Assembly (NCBI GenBank): GCA_035438505.1
Contig: DAORIM010000001.1
Location: 7,808-71,807 of the forward strand
Source of the DNA: Minisyncoccota bacterium
GTDB lineage: Bacteria; Patescibacteriota; Minisyncoccia; Phycocordibacterales; Phycocordibacteraceae
Direction of reading: 5' to 3'
Length of the DNA: 64,000 bases
Shown here: piece after piece, positions 28,532-38,218 of the stretch
How the letters are laid out: each line of letters begins with the position of its first letter
Numbering within the stretch: position 1 is the first letter of the stretch
Program-made: the position numbers and the translations under genes
The notes under the pieces: generated by a model
What the model saw: only the letters and a program-made list of their open reading frames with translations
Told to the model about the DNA's origin: nothing
Databases searched by the model: none

Positions 28532-29323
28532 TTATTTCCTATAAGGCGCTTCGTCGGTCGTAGGGTTGTAGAATCTGTATCCCTTACCAGGAACGAGCAT
28601 AAATAATTCAGTCCCTTCGATCTTTCTGGGGAGCTGGAGTTTTGTTGCATTTCGAATGAGAGATTTCGCAACCGCATCACGAATCCTCTGTTGTCCCTCC
28701 TCTCCAGGCTTCGGATTCTGCCCCATCCTTACTATGGATGCCTCTATAGCTTCGTATGGCACATAGTCCTTATGGTGTGGAGCCAGCTCATAAAGACTCC
28801 GAAAGACGGCGTAATACAGAGACTTCCTGCTTTTGAATTTGATTTCCTTTATCTTGCCAGTGGTCCCGTATTCAAATGCCCCATCTTCTCTCATTCGAAT
28901 ATACCTGTATGGAGCATATTCATCCTTCTGGCTGAACATCGTACCTGGGACTTTGGACTCGTTCTCTACGCGAACGACTGGCCGTATATCGCGGACTCGC
29001 ACGTAAAAATAATTTGGATATAGAACTACATCATCCTCATCCATGCCTGTTGGCACAAATCCATTCTTACCCTCATCCTCATTTTGGAGGTACGTAATTG
29101 CATGCTGGGATTCGAGCCAACTCAGGTAAGCAAGCCTGTTCGATTCCATGTCTTGCTCTTCTGGCTCATTGATTTCGTGAGTCCTCACAGGCAAAGGGTC
29201 GTGAGTGCCAATTTCATGCTCAGGCATATGCTGTCTGCACGAATTCCAGTACCGAACCATTTCGGCATTGTATCTACGTATATGCTCCGTGTACCTGAAT
29301 GGAATATCCATGCAATTGTGCAA
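28532..29323 (-). CDS. hypothetical protein (island)
   Basis: 263 aa, no recognisable family; intact ORF with moderate GC. Confidence 0.4.
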   Translation of the reverse strand: MHNCMDIPFRYTEHIRRYNAEMVRYWNSCRQHMPEHEIGTHDPLPVRTHEINEPEEQDMESNRLAYLSWLESQHAITYLQNEDEGKNGFVPTGMDEDDVVLYPNYFYVRVRDIRPVVRVENESKVPGTMFSQKDEYAPYRYIRMREDGAFEYGTTGKIKEIKFKSRKSLYYAVFRSLYELAPHHKDYVPYEAIEASIVRMGQNPKPGEEGQQRIRDAVAKSLIRNATKLQLPRKIEGTELFMLVPGKGYRFYNPTTDEAPYRK

Positions 29324-29454
29324 GTACTATATAGATTGCCACTTTGCACAGGAAAAAGCACCCGTGAGGGGTGCCTGTTCCGTTGAGCCATATGAAACCA
29401 TTACCGTACCCTTAAACGTCCCACGTAGAGGCACGTGGAACCTCACAAGAGGTC

Positions 29455-29916
29455 TTATGCCTCCTCTGCTGGTGGTGCTTTGGTCTTTAAGGTTCCTCCC
29501 ATGAGTTCCTTGAACTCGACTTGGCATTTCGACATGGCTGGATTGAGGGTCATCATGACCGTAAACGGTGATGTCTGACCAGCCATTATCGGGTTGTACT
29601 CTGTGAGAGCTTCCGAAGAGTTCACGAACTGTCCGTCTTCCGTGAAGGTGGTACCCACTGCCGTGACGTTCTCGATGGACTTATCACTGATGTTCTTTAC
29701 CTGGCCAGTGATATGGAAATAGCCATACTCCTTGTAGCAACGGTAGCTGATGAGTTCGAGCTTGTCTGCTCCAGTAGGTGCCGAAGCACTAGGAGTGGAT
29801 GTGGAATCGCCCATGCTTCCGAGGAAGCCAAGGACAATAAGAATGGCTACTGTAATAAGAAGTATTTTCCCTATCCGATGTTTCTTCTTCGGCTCGGGAT
29901 TAGCGGTGTCAGTCAT
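29455..29916 (-). CDS. hypothetical membrane-anchored protein
   Basis: N-terminal TM helix (ILLITVAILIVLGFLG), Ser/Thr linker, beta-rich C-terminal domain. Confidence 0.4.
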   Translation of the reverse strand: MTDTANPEPKKKHRIGKILLITVAILIVLGFLGSMGDSTSTPSASAPTGADKLELISYRCYKEYGYFHITGQVKNISDKSIENVTAVGTTFTEDGQFVNSSEALTEYNPIMAGQTSPFTVMMTLNPAMSKCQVEFKELMGGTLKTKAPPAEEA

Positions 29917-30029
29917 AATTTAAGAGGCTAAGGATTATATGGATTATTTAGCCGTCTTAGGGCTATGTGGAAAAATATATAACAATATTGAAAATTTGGA
30001 TATTGGCTTCTTGGATACACGCTTTGTGT

Positions 30030-30251
30030 ATGAAGAAGTCCACCCACACTAAAGAATATGCCGTGTTTGTGGAACGACTTAAGAATGCTCGTTTGGAGGC
30101 AGGACTGACTCAAGTACAGGTAGCGAAAAGGATTGGTCGCCCTCAATCCCATATTTCAAATATCGAAAGTGGCCAGCAGAGAGTGGATGTAATTGAACTT
30201 AAGCGATTCGCTAAGTTGTATAGAAAGGCGATGGATTACTTCTTGAAGTAG
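30030..30251 (+). CDS. XRE-family helix-turn-helix transcriptional regulator
   Basis: Cro/C1-type HTH LTQVQVAKRIGRPQSHISNIESGQQRVDVIEL; start set at internal Met (MKKSTH...). Confidence 0.65.
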   Translation: MKKSTHTKEYAVFVERLKNARLEAGLTQVQVAKRIGRPQSHISNIESGQQRVDVIELKRFAKLYRKAMDYFLK

Positions 30252-30253
30252 AA

Positions 30254-30724
30254 CTAACTTTTGATAAATTCCACCAAAAGTGATCGGTACTTGTCTTGTA
30301 ATTCTCTACTTATAAGTGAGTCTGGAATTTCTGTTAATGAGGCTTCTTCGTTGAGTAGGTCGCTACATCTATCAAAATAAAAGGCTTCTGGCGTAGCTAT
30401 AAACATATATGCGAGCTTCCATCGCTCACATATTGCTGCTGCCGTTCTCCTAATCTCATCGCTATCTAGACGAGAACGATACTTTACCTCTACCAGGAAG
30501 ACCTCTTTCGGGTCATGGGATACGAGAGCAAAGTCTGGAGCGTTTCGAATATTATCCAGTAGCTCACGATCATTTATTTGCCTGGTGTATTGCTGGAGTT
30601 CAGATACGACAGACTCATACCCAAAAGGAATGACTGTGTACTTCTCAGCATCGCGAAACATCTGCTCAAAAACCAATTCCGCAATCTTCCCTTTAATTAA
30701 CTGTTTCGAGAAGTCCTTCTGCAT
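30254..30724 (-). CDS. hypothetical protein, possible PD-(D/E)xK nuclease fold
   Basis: Motif arrangement D...DFALVSHDPKEVFLVEVKYR resembles the D-(x)n-E-x-K restriction-endonuclease-like core; downstream partner of the giant helicase operon. Confidence 0.35.
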   Translation of the reverse strand: MQKDFSKQLIKGKIAELVFEQMFRDAEKYTVIPFGYESVVSELQQYTRQINDRELLDNIRNAPDFALVSHDPKEVFLVEVKYRSRLDSDEIRRTAAAICERWKLAYMFIATPEAFYFDRCSDLLNEEASLTEIPDSLISRELQDKYRSLLVEFIKS

Positions 30725-30726
30725 AC

Positions 30727-31611
30727 CTACTTACTCTTGAAGTTATTGATGGCATAGGACAGGATGGCACCAATAATGTCTTGATTCCCTGGTTGTGTGT
30801 ACTTAACCATTTTCTGCTTAGCTTTGTTGATTTCCGAGAAATAAACTCCGTTGCTCAAGACTTGAACATCAAGGAGCTTATTGAGCTTTATGGAGAACGT
30901 CTTTCCGTCTCCCCTAAAGACAACTCTCTTATTCGTTATCACCAATTCACCAGTACCAACGGGTACGAGTCCAGTCTCGCTAACAAGGTGTCCCCTAGAA
31001 CCTCCTACCCTATAGCTAACTCCCTTTGCGATTCTAAGACTCACTCCCTGCGATCCTCCTTCGTAACGGCGCTTGATGACTTTCTCCTCAATAAGCTGCG
31101 CTGGCTCTGCCCAATAAACCTTTTCGTCCTTTTCAGTTATCAGGTTAGGCACGAAAACTTCGGGAATATTTCCCAATTGAATCTCGTTCAATAGACGAAG
31201 TCGAGCTAGCTCCTTCTTATTTTGTGCAATCTCAACATCAGATATTCCCAGATGCTTCTGGATTCGAATCAGCTCTTCTTCCTCTTCCTTCGTAATCTGC
31301 CCGTCTGACTTCGCACTCACAAGTGCGGTCTGGTATGCACCAATCTTTGCGCGCTTTGTTTCTTCGTCAGTTAAGCCCAAATCACTTTGCCTTTTCTTAA
31401 GCTCTTCGACTTCCTTATCATCCAGTACCCCATCGGCAGCCGCCTCAACAAGAGACATTTCAAATTCCTTTTTATTCAAAGACCGCTGCTTTGATTCTTT
31501 ATATTTATCTGCAATCACTTGAAATATTTTCATGGTTTTAATGTTAAGTGTTTCTAGTCCCACGGCAATACGGGAATCGAGAGCATCCATAGAACTTGCC
31601 GAGACGGCCAC
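30727..31611 (-). CDS. hypothetical protein with N-terminal acidic helical repeats and C-terminal beta domain
   Basis: Repeats KEVEELKKRQSDLGLTDEE / KEEEEELIRIQKHLGISDVE; C-terminal GVSYRVGGSRGHLVSETGLVPVGTGELVITNKRVVF... possibly bPH-like; alternative start at 31533 would remove the overlap with the upstream gene. Confidence 0.4.
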   Translation of the reverse strand: MAVSASSMDALDSRIAVGLETLNIKTMKIFQVIADKYKESKQRSLNKKEFEMSLVEAAADGVLDDKEVEELKKRQSDLGLTDEETKRAKIGAYQTALVSAKSDGQITKEEEEELIRIQKHLGISDVEIAQNKKELARLRLLNEIQLGNIPEVFVPNLITEKDEKVYWAEPAQLIEEKVIKRRYEGGSQGVSLRIAKGVSYRVGGSRGHLVSETGLVPVGTGELVITNKRVVFRGDGKTFSIKLNKLLDVQVLSNGVYFSEINKAKQKMVKYTQPGNQDIIGAILSYAINNFKSK

Positions 31612-34600
31612 TTCTTAGAATCATTCTGGAACTGCAGCGAGGACAAACCTTATCGCTTAAAACAGGCTCAGGCTTGTTAGCTCTCTCAATAATTCTTTTA
31701 CCCTTACATTGCCTACAGAACCTCCCATAGCCAGTGATAAGGGAAGAATCTCTGAAATCCTGGTCCTCTCTCACCTCCTTACACTTCGGACAGACTTTCA
31801 TCTTTCCGTTCTGCAATCCCTGAACAGTTTCGTGAATAGTATGCAGGAGAGGATTCATTCCCGACTCCTCTTTGACTAACCTGCCAAGTCGTTGATTCAG
31901 AGTCTCAATCGGGTTCTCGCCTACATTAAAGCGATTGATGCGGAGGAATTTGTATCCATAGCTCTCAAGAACTTTCTGACGATATACATCTTCGTCCGAA
32001 TAATAATTCTGATAGTTAAACTCATTGATGACATCAACATCCTTGAAATGCTCCTTGAAGCCGTCATATTCGATAACGATCTTATGTTCTCTCCCCTGTT
32101 CGCTTTGGTACGACACCAAGAAATCAACTTTATATGCTGGATGAGAATACGTTGGGTCCAATTGCTTCAAGTACTTCCCAATTTCAAATTGAGGCACGAA
32201 TTCAATTCGTTCTTTGTTGTCATTCCAGAAACTCGTTTGGTAGAACCAGTTTAAGACTTCGGCTTCCTTACCTGACTTCTGGTCTGTTTCTTCAATACCC
32301 TTCTCCTTCTTAGCCTCTTCAAGAAGGTTAAAGTAATGCCTTAGAGCATCTCCTATGGAGCCATTGAATTTATCAAGAGGCTTACTAAGTACAAAGTGTA
32401 CGCATTCTTTTCCACGACTAAAGCCCACATTCAATCGCTGAGCTTTAATCTGACCGTCCTCTTCCACATCAACATTATTGAGGTCTTTTATGAAAATGCC
32501 CCAGAGTCTATCACTATGCTCCGAAGCTACCATTGGGTAGTAGATAATGTCCCTTTCCTCACCCTGACAGGTATCAAAAGTCATTATCTTCAAATCCAGC
32601 TTCTCGAAGTAGAAATCACGTTCTGGAAGCTTATTTATCATCTCGACCAATAGTTTTTGCTGGTTGGTATGTGGGGTAATGATTCCAACGCTCATTTCTT
32701 GCCCCTCTTCCTTCATCCGTTCCAATTCGGAAATGATGAACTCTACTTCTGCCTTGTTGGAGTTTGGGTAGACTTCGTCCTCTGGGGCGGCCTCTATGTA
32801 GGAAAACTTGATTACGTCGTCAATATTCTTGCCGCGTATCTTCATTACCTGGAGACTCTCTTGATAGAAGTACTTGTTCGAGTACGAGATTATTTCCTTG
32901 TAGCCACGGAAGTGTTTCCGGAGCTGGGTCCTGTAATTGCTTATGAACTCTACAAACTCAAGAATAGATGTCTTGATATTGAACTTTTCTAGCTTAACGA
33001 GCTTTGTACCCTCCGTTGAAACGTTCTCCTTAAATGAACGCTCAAGCATATTAAGGTACTCACGATTCGTATCTGAGCGAGCTTGAGCTGCCTTGATGTT
33101 GCTGAACTGCTTCTTATCTCCAAGGATAAGTACCTTCTTTGCTCGAAGAAGTGCCGGAAATGCCTGAGCAATGCTTACCTGCGAGGCCTCATCTATGATG
33201 ACCAGGTCAAACATTTCCTCTTCAAGAGGAATATATTCTGCATAGTCTCTGATACCAGCGAGGATACACGGGAAGGCCTTCTGAAGTTTGCGGAACTGCT
33301 CTTTAGGAAACTTCTGCTTATTCTTAATAACAGCCCTTAATGCCTCAGCATCGGTTCGATTGTGCTCATAGAAATCAATAAGCCTTCCATCCAGAAGATA
33401 TGCAACCTGCGTGATTACCAATTCTTCAATATTCTTCTTCCTCAATGCGTAGTTAAGGTCAGGGATCTCTGAGAATTCTTTTGTGAGCTTCTGCCTGAGG
33501 CTTAAATATCTCAATTGCTTATCAAACAAGAATTCGTCAGAAGAAATAATCAGGTTGCTAAAGAGGCTGGAGAATTCAGCAAAATCCAGACCTGCTTTCT
33601 CAGCTGTTCTCGTGTACTTCTGGGTGAAATCTCTCAGATAAGTAGTCTCCTCTCCGGCTTTTACAAACTCTTTAAGATATTCAGTTCCGCCTTCTTCTTT
33701 CAAAAGGCGGTGAACTATTCCCACGTAATCTAATCCCGTGGAAAGTTTTGTGTTCACTTCCTCTCCAAGGGAATGTATGTAATCGAAAATGGCATATGCG
33801 TCTTTCAGTCTCTGAATTTCCTGATGAGCCATTGCTACCGGGGTGCGGAATGCTTGCCTGAAACGTAGGTCTACTTCTCCAACTTTCTTTTTCTCGAACA
33901 AAAAGCCTACGAGAAAAGCCTTAAGGCTCTCATACTCTTTAATGAAGTCAGCCAACTTCTCTATTTCTTTCTTTGAGAAGGAATCAAAAATGGCTATTGA
34001 ATCAAGTTTCTCTTTGTATATATCCTTTAGCTTCTCGATACTCTCAGAGGCGAGAGAGAGGAAGCGAATCACATTCTCATAATCCTCAACTGTACCGATA
34101 TCTTTGGAATTGACTCCAATTATTTCGAACAGCTCCTTCCCTACTTCCGAGTCGTAAGCTCCCTTAAGGAGGTTGAGCGAAGACCGTGCTTCACTAATTT
34201 CAATAGGAGCCTCTTCAAATGGAAGGGCTTCGTTAATATCAAAGGTAAGTTCTTCTGTATTTATAGAACTCTCTAGGGCGACGAGTTCTTTTACTTCTTG
34301 AATATCAATGTCTTCACAGGCCACTACTTCAGCCTCCAGGTCTTCTCTCAGTGAATTTATAGACTTCTCGATATTCCCCACGATCACCTCATGATTCTTT
34401 CTTACCGCGTGATGGTGGGTCTTAATATCCTGGTAAGTACCTTGAGCAAGAATCTTAGCGTAAGTGTTTCCTGTCTTACCGAGTCGAAGAATTGGGTTCT
34501 GGAAGTTTTCAGCATTCCTGACCTTATTAATCGTCTGGGTAATATTATTTTCAACGACATCCAGAGCTTCTTTCTTATCAGACAAAACGAGTACGGATTG

Positions 34601-36106
34601 CTCTCGAAGAACGGCATCGAAGATAATGGCCGTAATAGTGTGGCTCTTACCAGTACCAGGAGGTCCCTCAATGACTAGATACCGGCATGAGTCTTTCCTT
34701 ATTGCAGAGAGAATTTGAAGCTGTTCTGCATTAAGTGGGATAGGGCTTGAAACTACAAGCCTCTCGGTTATGTCAGTATCATCCCATTCTTTCTCTACCT
34801 CTGGATTACAGGGTTCAGGGTTGTTATAGAGGAAGTCTCCAAGCAGCTTGTTGAAAGATTCGGATAGCAATCCCCCCTCCTCGCCAAGCTGTTTAAGAAT
34901 GTCCTCGTAGTCATTTACAAGAGCCTCATCAGACTTATCGAAGAGCGCTATATAGCAGGAGTTGGTAATCCGTACAGTTGGCCCTTTCGCCACCTGGGCT
35001 TTTTCCTCAACAAATGAGACATTACCCTTCGCTTCAAAGAAGTTGATTATCTCCGTTAATATGACGGAAAGAACTTCTTGAAGGTCAGTCGTGTGCTGAG
35101 CCAGATAAATGATTCGCTCTGTAATTGTTTGAAGGTTCCCCTTTTTCCCACTAAGAACATTGTTCTCCTGGACTATATATTCCAGAGCCTTCTTGTTTAT
35201 GTATATTTGTGAATCAAACTCTAGCGAAAGCACCTCATCCTGTCTCGTTATACTTATCGGCACGTAAAATATTGGGTACTTTGCGTTACCAAAAGCAATA
35301 TCGCCAAAATAAAGGTAGAAGTCCTGCTTTTCTAAAATGCTCCTATTGCGAGACATCTCAAATATCTCCGCAAACAAATCGGCAACCTGTAGACTCTCAA
35401 AAAAGGAATTGAGTGTGCTCTTAACTTCTGAGAGTGCGAAAACGCTCTTTAGTTCTTTCTCAAGATTTACTTTCTCCTTTGCAATAAAAAGATTAAGGGT
35501 CTCAGAAACCCTGCTCTCCACTAGACGCAAGAGCACCTCGGAAAGCTCCTCTTCAACCAGAAAAATATTCCCTTCATCCCCCAATGTGAGGTTCTGTAGT
35601 GGCTTATCAAGCTTTTCAATAAACGGGTCTACCAATTCGACACGGATTGTTGCTCGTGCTGAATCAATTGCCGTATTTAAGGCAATATCGTATTCCGTTT
35701 CGTAAAGTGTACCGAGCCTCTCAATATCCTCCGCGATATTCTTTATTATTTTGTTTATCTGAGCAGCACTTATTTTTTCGACCTGAAGCTTGACCAAGTC
35801 GAGTAAATTCTTAGGTAGCTTTGTTTGATAAACACCCTTCTCTATCTTACTGAGTACATCTCTATCAAAATTCTTATTAACTAAAGACCAGACTAGCTTA
35901 TTGAAAGTTTCGTACTTTTGAAGATTCAAACCGACAAGTAAGTTGTCATTGTTCCTAAATTTAATAGCCCTACGCGGCAATTTCTTCTTGTGAAAATCGG
36001 ACTCCAAGAAGTCCATGAAGTACTTTGCTACATCCTTAAAGAAAAGGAGTCCGTTCTCGGCCGATGGAGTAGGAGTTGTTTGCATGTCTTGAGTTAATAG
36101 TACCAA
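31544..36106 (-). CDS. giant SF1 (Upf1/DNA2-like) helicase with N-terminal DUF4011-like region, C-terminal restriction-endonuclease-like (DUF559/Vsr-like) domain and topoisomerase-type C4 zinc ribbons
   Basis: 1520 aa; Walker A GPPGTGKSHT, LIIDEASQV (AAA_11), TFDTCQGEERDIIYY (AAA_12); C-terminal HKIVIEYDGFKEHF nuclease-like core; CPKCKEV...CRQCKG and CPRCSSRMILRSGRLGKFYGCSRFPYCRGT zinc ribbons; AT-rich codon usage. Confidence 0.75.
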   Translation of the reverse strand: MVLLTQDMQTTPTPSAENGLLFFKDVAKYFMDFLESDFHKKKLPRRAIKFRNNDNLLVGLNLQKYETFNKLVWSLVNKNFDRDVLSKIEKGVYQTKLPKNLLDLVKLQVEKISAAQINKIIKNIAEDIERLGTLYETEYDIALNTAIDSARATIRVELVDPFIEKLDKPLQNLTLGDEGNIFLVEEELSEVLLRLVESRVSETLNLFIAKEKVNLEKELKSVFALSEVKSTLNSFFESLQVADLFAEIFEMSRNRSILEKQDFYLYFGDIAFGNAKYPIFYVPISITRQDEVLSLEFDSQIYINKKALEYIVQENNVLSGKKGNLQTITERIIYLAQHTTDLQEVLSVILTEIINFFEAKGNVSFVEEKAQVAKGPTVRITNSCYIALFDKSDEALVNDYEDILKQLGEEGGLLSESFNKLLGDFLYNNPEPCNPEVEKEWDDTDITERLVVSSPIPLNAEQLQILSAIRKDSCRYLVIEGPPGTGKSHTITAIIFDAVLREQSVLVLSDKKEALDVVENNITQTINKVRNAENFQNPILRLGKTGNTYAKILAQGTYQDIKTHHHAVRKNHEVIVGNIEKSINSLREDLEAEVVACEDIDIQEVKELVALESSINTEELTFDINEALPFEEAPIEISEARSSLNLLKGAYDSEVGKELFEIIGVNSKDIGTVEDYENVIRFLSLASESIEKLKDIYKEKLDSIAIFDSFSKKEIEKLADFIKEYESLKAFLVGFLFEKKKVGEVDLRFRQAFRTPVAMAHQEIQRLKDAYAIFDYIHSLGEEVNTKLSTGLDYVGIVHRLLKEEGGTEYLKEFVKAGEETTYLRDFTQKYTRTAEKAGLDFAEFSSLFSNLIISSDEFLFDKQLRYLSLRQKLTKEFSEIPDLNYALRKKNIEELVITQVAYLLDGRLIDFYEHNRTDAEALRAVIKNKQKFPKEQFRKLQKAFPCILAGIRDYAEYIPLEEEMFDLVIIDEASQVSIAQAFPALLRAKKVLILGDKKQFSNIKAAQARSDTNREYLNMLERSFKENVSTEGTKLVKLEKFNIKTSILEFVEFISNYRTQLRKHFRGYKEIISYSNKYFYQESLQVMKIRGKNIDDVIKFSYIEAAPEDEVYPNSNKAEVEFIISELERMKEEGQEMSVGIITPHTNQQKLLVEMINKLPERDFYFEKLDLKIMTFDTCQGEERDIIYYPMVASEHSDRLWGIFIKDLNNVDVEEDGQIKAQRLNVGFSRGKECVHFVLSKPLDKFNGSIGDALRHYFNLLEEAKKEKGIEETDQKSGKEAEVLNWFYQTSFWNDNKERIEFVPQFEIGKYLKQLDPTYSHPAYKVDFLVSYQSEQGREHKIVIEYDGFKEHFKDVDVINEFNYQNYYSDEDVYRQKVLESYGYKFLRINRFNVGENPIETLNQRLGRLVKEESGMNPLLHTIHETVQGLQNGKMKVCPKCKEVREDQDFRDSSLITGYGRFCRQCKGKRIIERANKPEPVLSDKVCPRCSSRMILRSGRLGKFYGCSRFPYCRGTRNT

Positions 36107-36222
36107 GTTTCTTCATAATTTAACTGGGTTCTTAACATACCACTTATCCAAAAAGGCCTTATTTAAAGGCTCTCTTTAGATTTCTTTGAGGTTTTCTTTA
36201 GAAAATATCCAGATTTTCTATA

Positions 36223-36741
36223 TCAATTCTCTGGCTTCCAGGTACCTAAAACAATGTAGTAGAAGAGGCGACGTCCGAATTCAAAAAGAAGAGCTACTGC
36301 AATTAAGTAAGCGACACTATAGAGCAACACTTCAATCCAACTACCCCTTGTTAGGGCAATATCTTCAATCTCTACTGAGGGCAGAGTGTCATTGTTATAT
36401 TTCGCGTCCAGTATTTCTCTTGGTGAACTTCTTACCTCTTCCTCCCCGCACGCTATCCGTAGTGTATATCGCTGAGCATTGCTAAGGGATTCAAGGCCAA
36501 GACTCGAGCTGTACCCTGAGAGATCGATTCGCTTATCTCTAGAGGCTTGGAAAGTAGAATGGTTCCCTCCTGTGCAAATAATCCTATGGTCCACGACGAG
36601 AGAGTCAGGCTCATTCTCGTCATAGATAGCTATGAGCATTACCAGAGTCATGATTCCAAAAAGACCGATATAACCGACTTTCAAAAGTCGATACCACCAC
36701 TTTGAATTCAGGTCTGCTAATGAATGAGGCTGTTTGTTCAT
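36223..36741 (-). CDS. hypothetical membrane protein
   Basis: Two TM helices (N- and C-terminal) flanking a soluble domain; 172 aa. Confidence 0.35.
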   Translation of the reverse strand: MNKQPHSLADLNSKWWYRLLKVGYIGLFGIMTLVMLIAIYDENEPDSLVVDHRIICTGGNHSTFQASRDKRIDLSGYSSSLGLESLSNAQRYTLRIACGEEEVRSSPREILDAKYNNDTLPSVEIEDIALTRGSWIEVLLYSVAYLIAVALLFEFGRRLFYYIVLGTWKPEN

Positions 36742-36879
36742 ATCCTTGATAACTAGGATACCAAATTTCTACTTGTTAAAGCTTGTAAACGTTTATAAAC
36801 GAAAGAGGTTCAAACCAGAGAGGTGGTTTTGACGTCGTTATGATTGAATCATTGGCTTTTACGCTTTGACACCCCCTAC

Positions 36880-37020
36880 CAGCTATCCACCAAATGTAAA
36901 AAATGTGAGGCTCTGCTTTCCAGTAATGAGGTTCTAACCTCGTGAAGCCACCTCCACCGACATAGAACTATATGGCGACATATAGAAGCATAGGAGAACC
37001 GCCTCATGGGCGGTTTTCTG
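36880..37020. repeat. island repeat unit A (GAGGTTCTAACC core + downstream hairpin)
   Basis: atccaccaaatgtaaaaaatgtgagg...gaggttctaacctcgtgaagccacctccaccgacatagaactatatggcgacatatagaa then hairpin gaaccgcctcatgggcggttttc; near-identical 3' half at 37705-37770, homologous 5' half at 41176-41235. Confidence 0.7.
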
Positions 37021-37046
37021 ATTGTCTAACTACGCACATATCATTC

Positions 37047-37607
37047 CTACTCAAAGCGATGGAATGTGAACCATTTCATGGTACCTACCGGAATTCCATA
37101 CACCTCTTCAATCACAGTTCTGGGACTTCGGAGCTCAACCGAATTCCAATCCAGCCCGAGTGAGTTTGCTGTTGTCTTTAGCGCATCTTCGCTGGGACCC
37201 TCCAATTCGACATATGTTGGTATCTTCGGCCATGTATCGATATCCACCACCACGTCACCCATATGAAACGTGTACCGCTTCTTCTCCTGATGTCGGTACG
37301 CAACATAGCCAAGGCGTTCTAAGAGTGCCTCAGCGGCATCAGCGTTATCTACCTCGAACTCAATCTCTTCCGTACCTTCAGCGGTTATTTCTGTCCGGTG
37401 CTTATAGGTGAGCTTCGTTTTCCCATCACACGTACGCAGTCGGAGAATTTTATGCGCACCGTCGCGCCAGGTCATCGCATTGTCATAAATTATGCGTTCT
37501 TGAAGGAGGTATTCTCCCTTGTCCTCAGCGCCTAACTCCTCGAGTTTCTTGATAAGTTCCTCCTTATCGATCTCGAGAAACCTGACCTCGATTTCTCTGT
37601 AATTCAT
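37047..37607 (-). CDS. CYTH-domain protein (CyaB/thiamine-triphosphatase-like)
   Basis: N-terminal YREIEVRF (ExExK) motif and further acidic residues typical of CYTH triphosphate tunnel enzymes; 186 aa. Confidence 0.7.
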   Translation of the reverse strand: MNYREIEVRFLEIDKEELIKKLEELGAEDKGEYLLQERIIYDNAMTWRDGAHKILRLRTCDGKTKLTYKHRTEITAEGTEEIEFEVDNADAAEALLERLGYVAYRHQEKKRYTFHMGDVVVDIDTWPKIPTYVELEGPSEDALKTTANSLGLDWNSVELRSPRTVIEEVYGIPVGTMKWFTFHRFE

Positions 37608-37649
37608 GTCGTTAGTATAACCCTGGCTGATGGTGGCCCGAAACTATCT

Positions 37650-37795
37650 CCTACCACCCATCCACGATCCGTAAGAAGTTAGGCGAGCTGTCCTGAATCA
37701 GACAGGTTCTAACCTCGTGAAGCCACTTCCACCGACATAGAACTATATGGCGATATATAGAACAGTAGAAACCGCCTTTGAGGCGGTTTCTACCT
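37650..37795. repeat. island repeat unit B
   Basis: ...caggttctaacctcgtgaagccacttccaccgacatagaactatatggcgatatatagaa then hairpin gaaaccgcctttgaggcggtttc. Confidence 0.7.
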
Positions 37796-37816
37796 ATCTC
37801 TCGTATTGCATTAGCT

Positions 37817-38113
37817 CTACAGGTACGCCGTTTCTTCAATAAACGCCACGACAAGGCCCGGTGACGGAGAGTTCGGCTCTATAATCACTTTCTTCCCCTT
37901 TAGGGCTGCTGATAAATCATCCACTTCAAACGCAACATGCGGTGTCGTGAGGACCAGGGCGGGATACGTAGCATCAGGGTCAAACCGCATCCATTGAAGT
38001 CGGTATGGATTCGCTTCATGATCTGTAACTGTCATCTTGAGGTGAGCAAGATACATTTCATCTTTTTGTATTTCTTTCGTGGGGATCCCTGTGTGGTTGT
38101 ACTTCACCATCAA
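37817..38113 (-). CDS. VOC (glyoxalase/bleomycin-resistance) family protein
   Basis: Single beta-alpha-beta-beta-beta module, PHVAFEVDDL motif; 98 aa. Confidence 0.4.
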   Translation of the reverse strand: MMVKYNHTGIPTKEIQKDEMYLAHLKMTVTDHEANPYRLQWMRFDPDATYPALVLTTPHVAFEVDDLSAALKGKKVIIEPNSPSPGLVVAFIEETAYL

Positions 38114-38218
38114 AGTATACCAATTGCTTACGAATACCGGTTAACGCATCAAACCGCCGGAATTGGCGGTTTGATGCAACTGACAGTCCAGGGTGCCATC
38201 CCTACACGTAGCTGTTTG

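Noticed and set aside
36928-36960. Interpretation of repeat unit A as an intact tRNA gene
   Set aside because: Only a T-arm-like hairpin and a CACCTCCACC tail are present. No D-arm or anticodon arm can be drawn upstream, so at most a tRNA/tmRNA 3' fragment.
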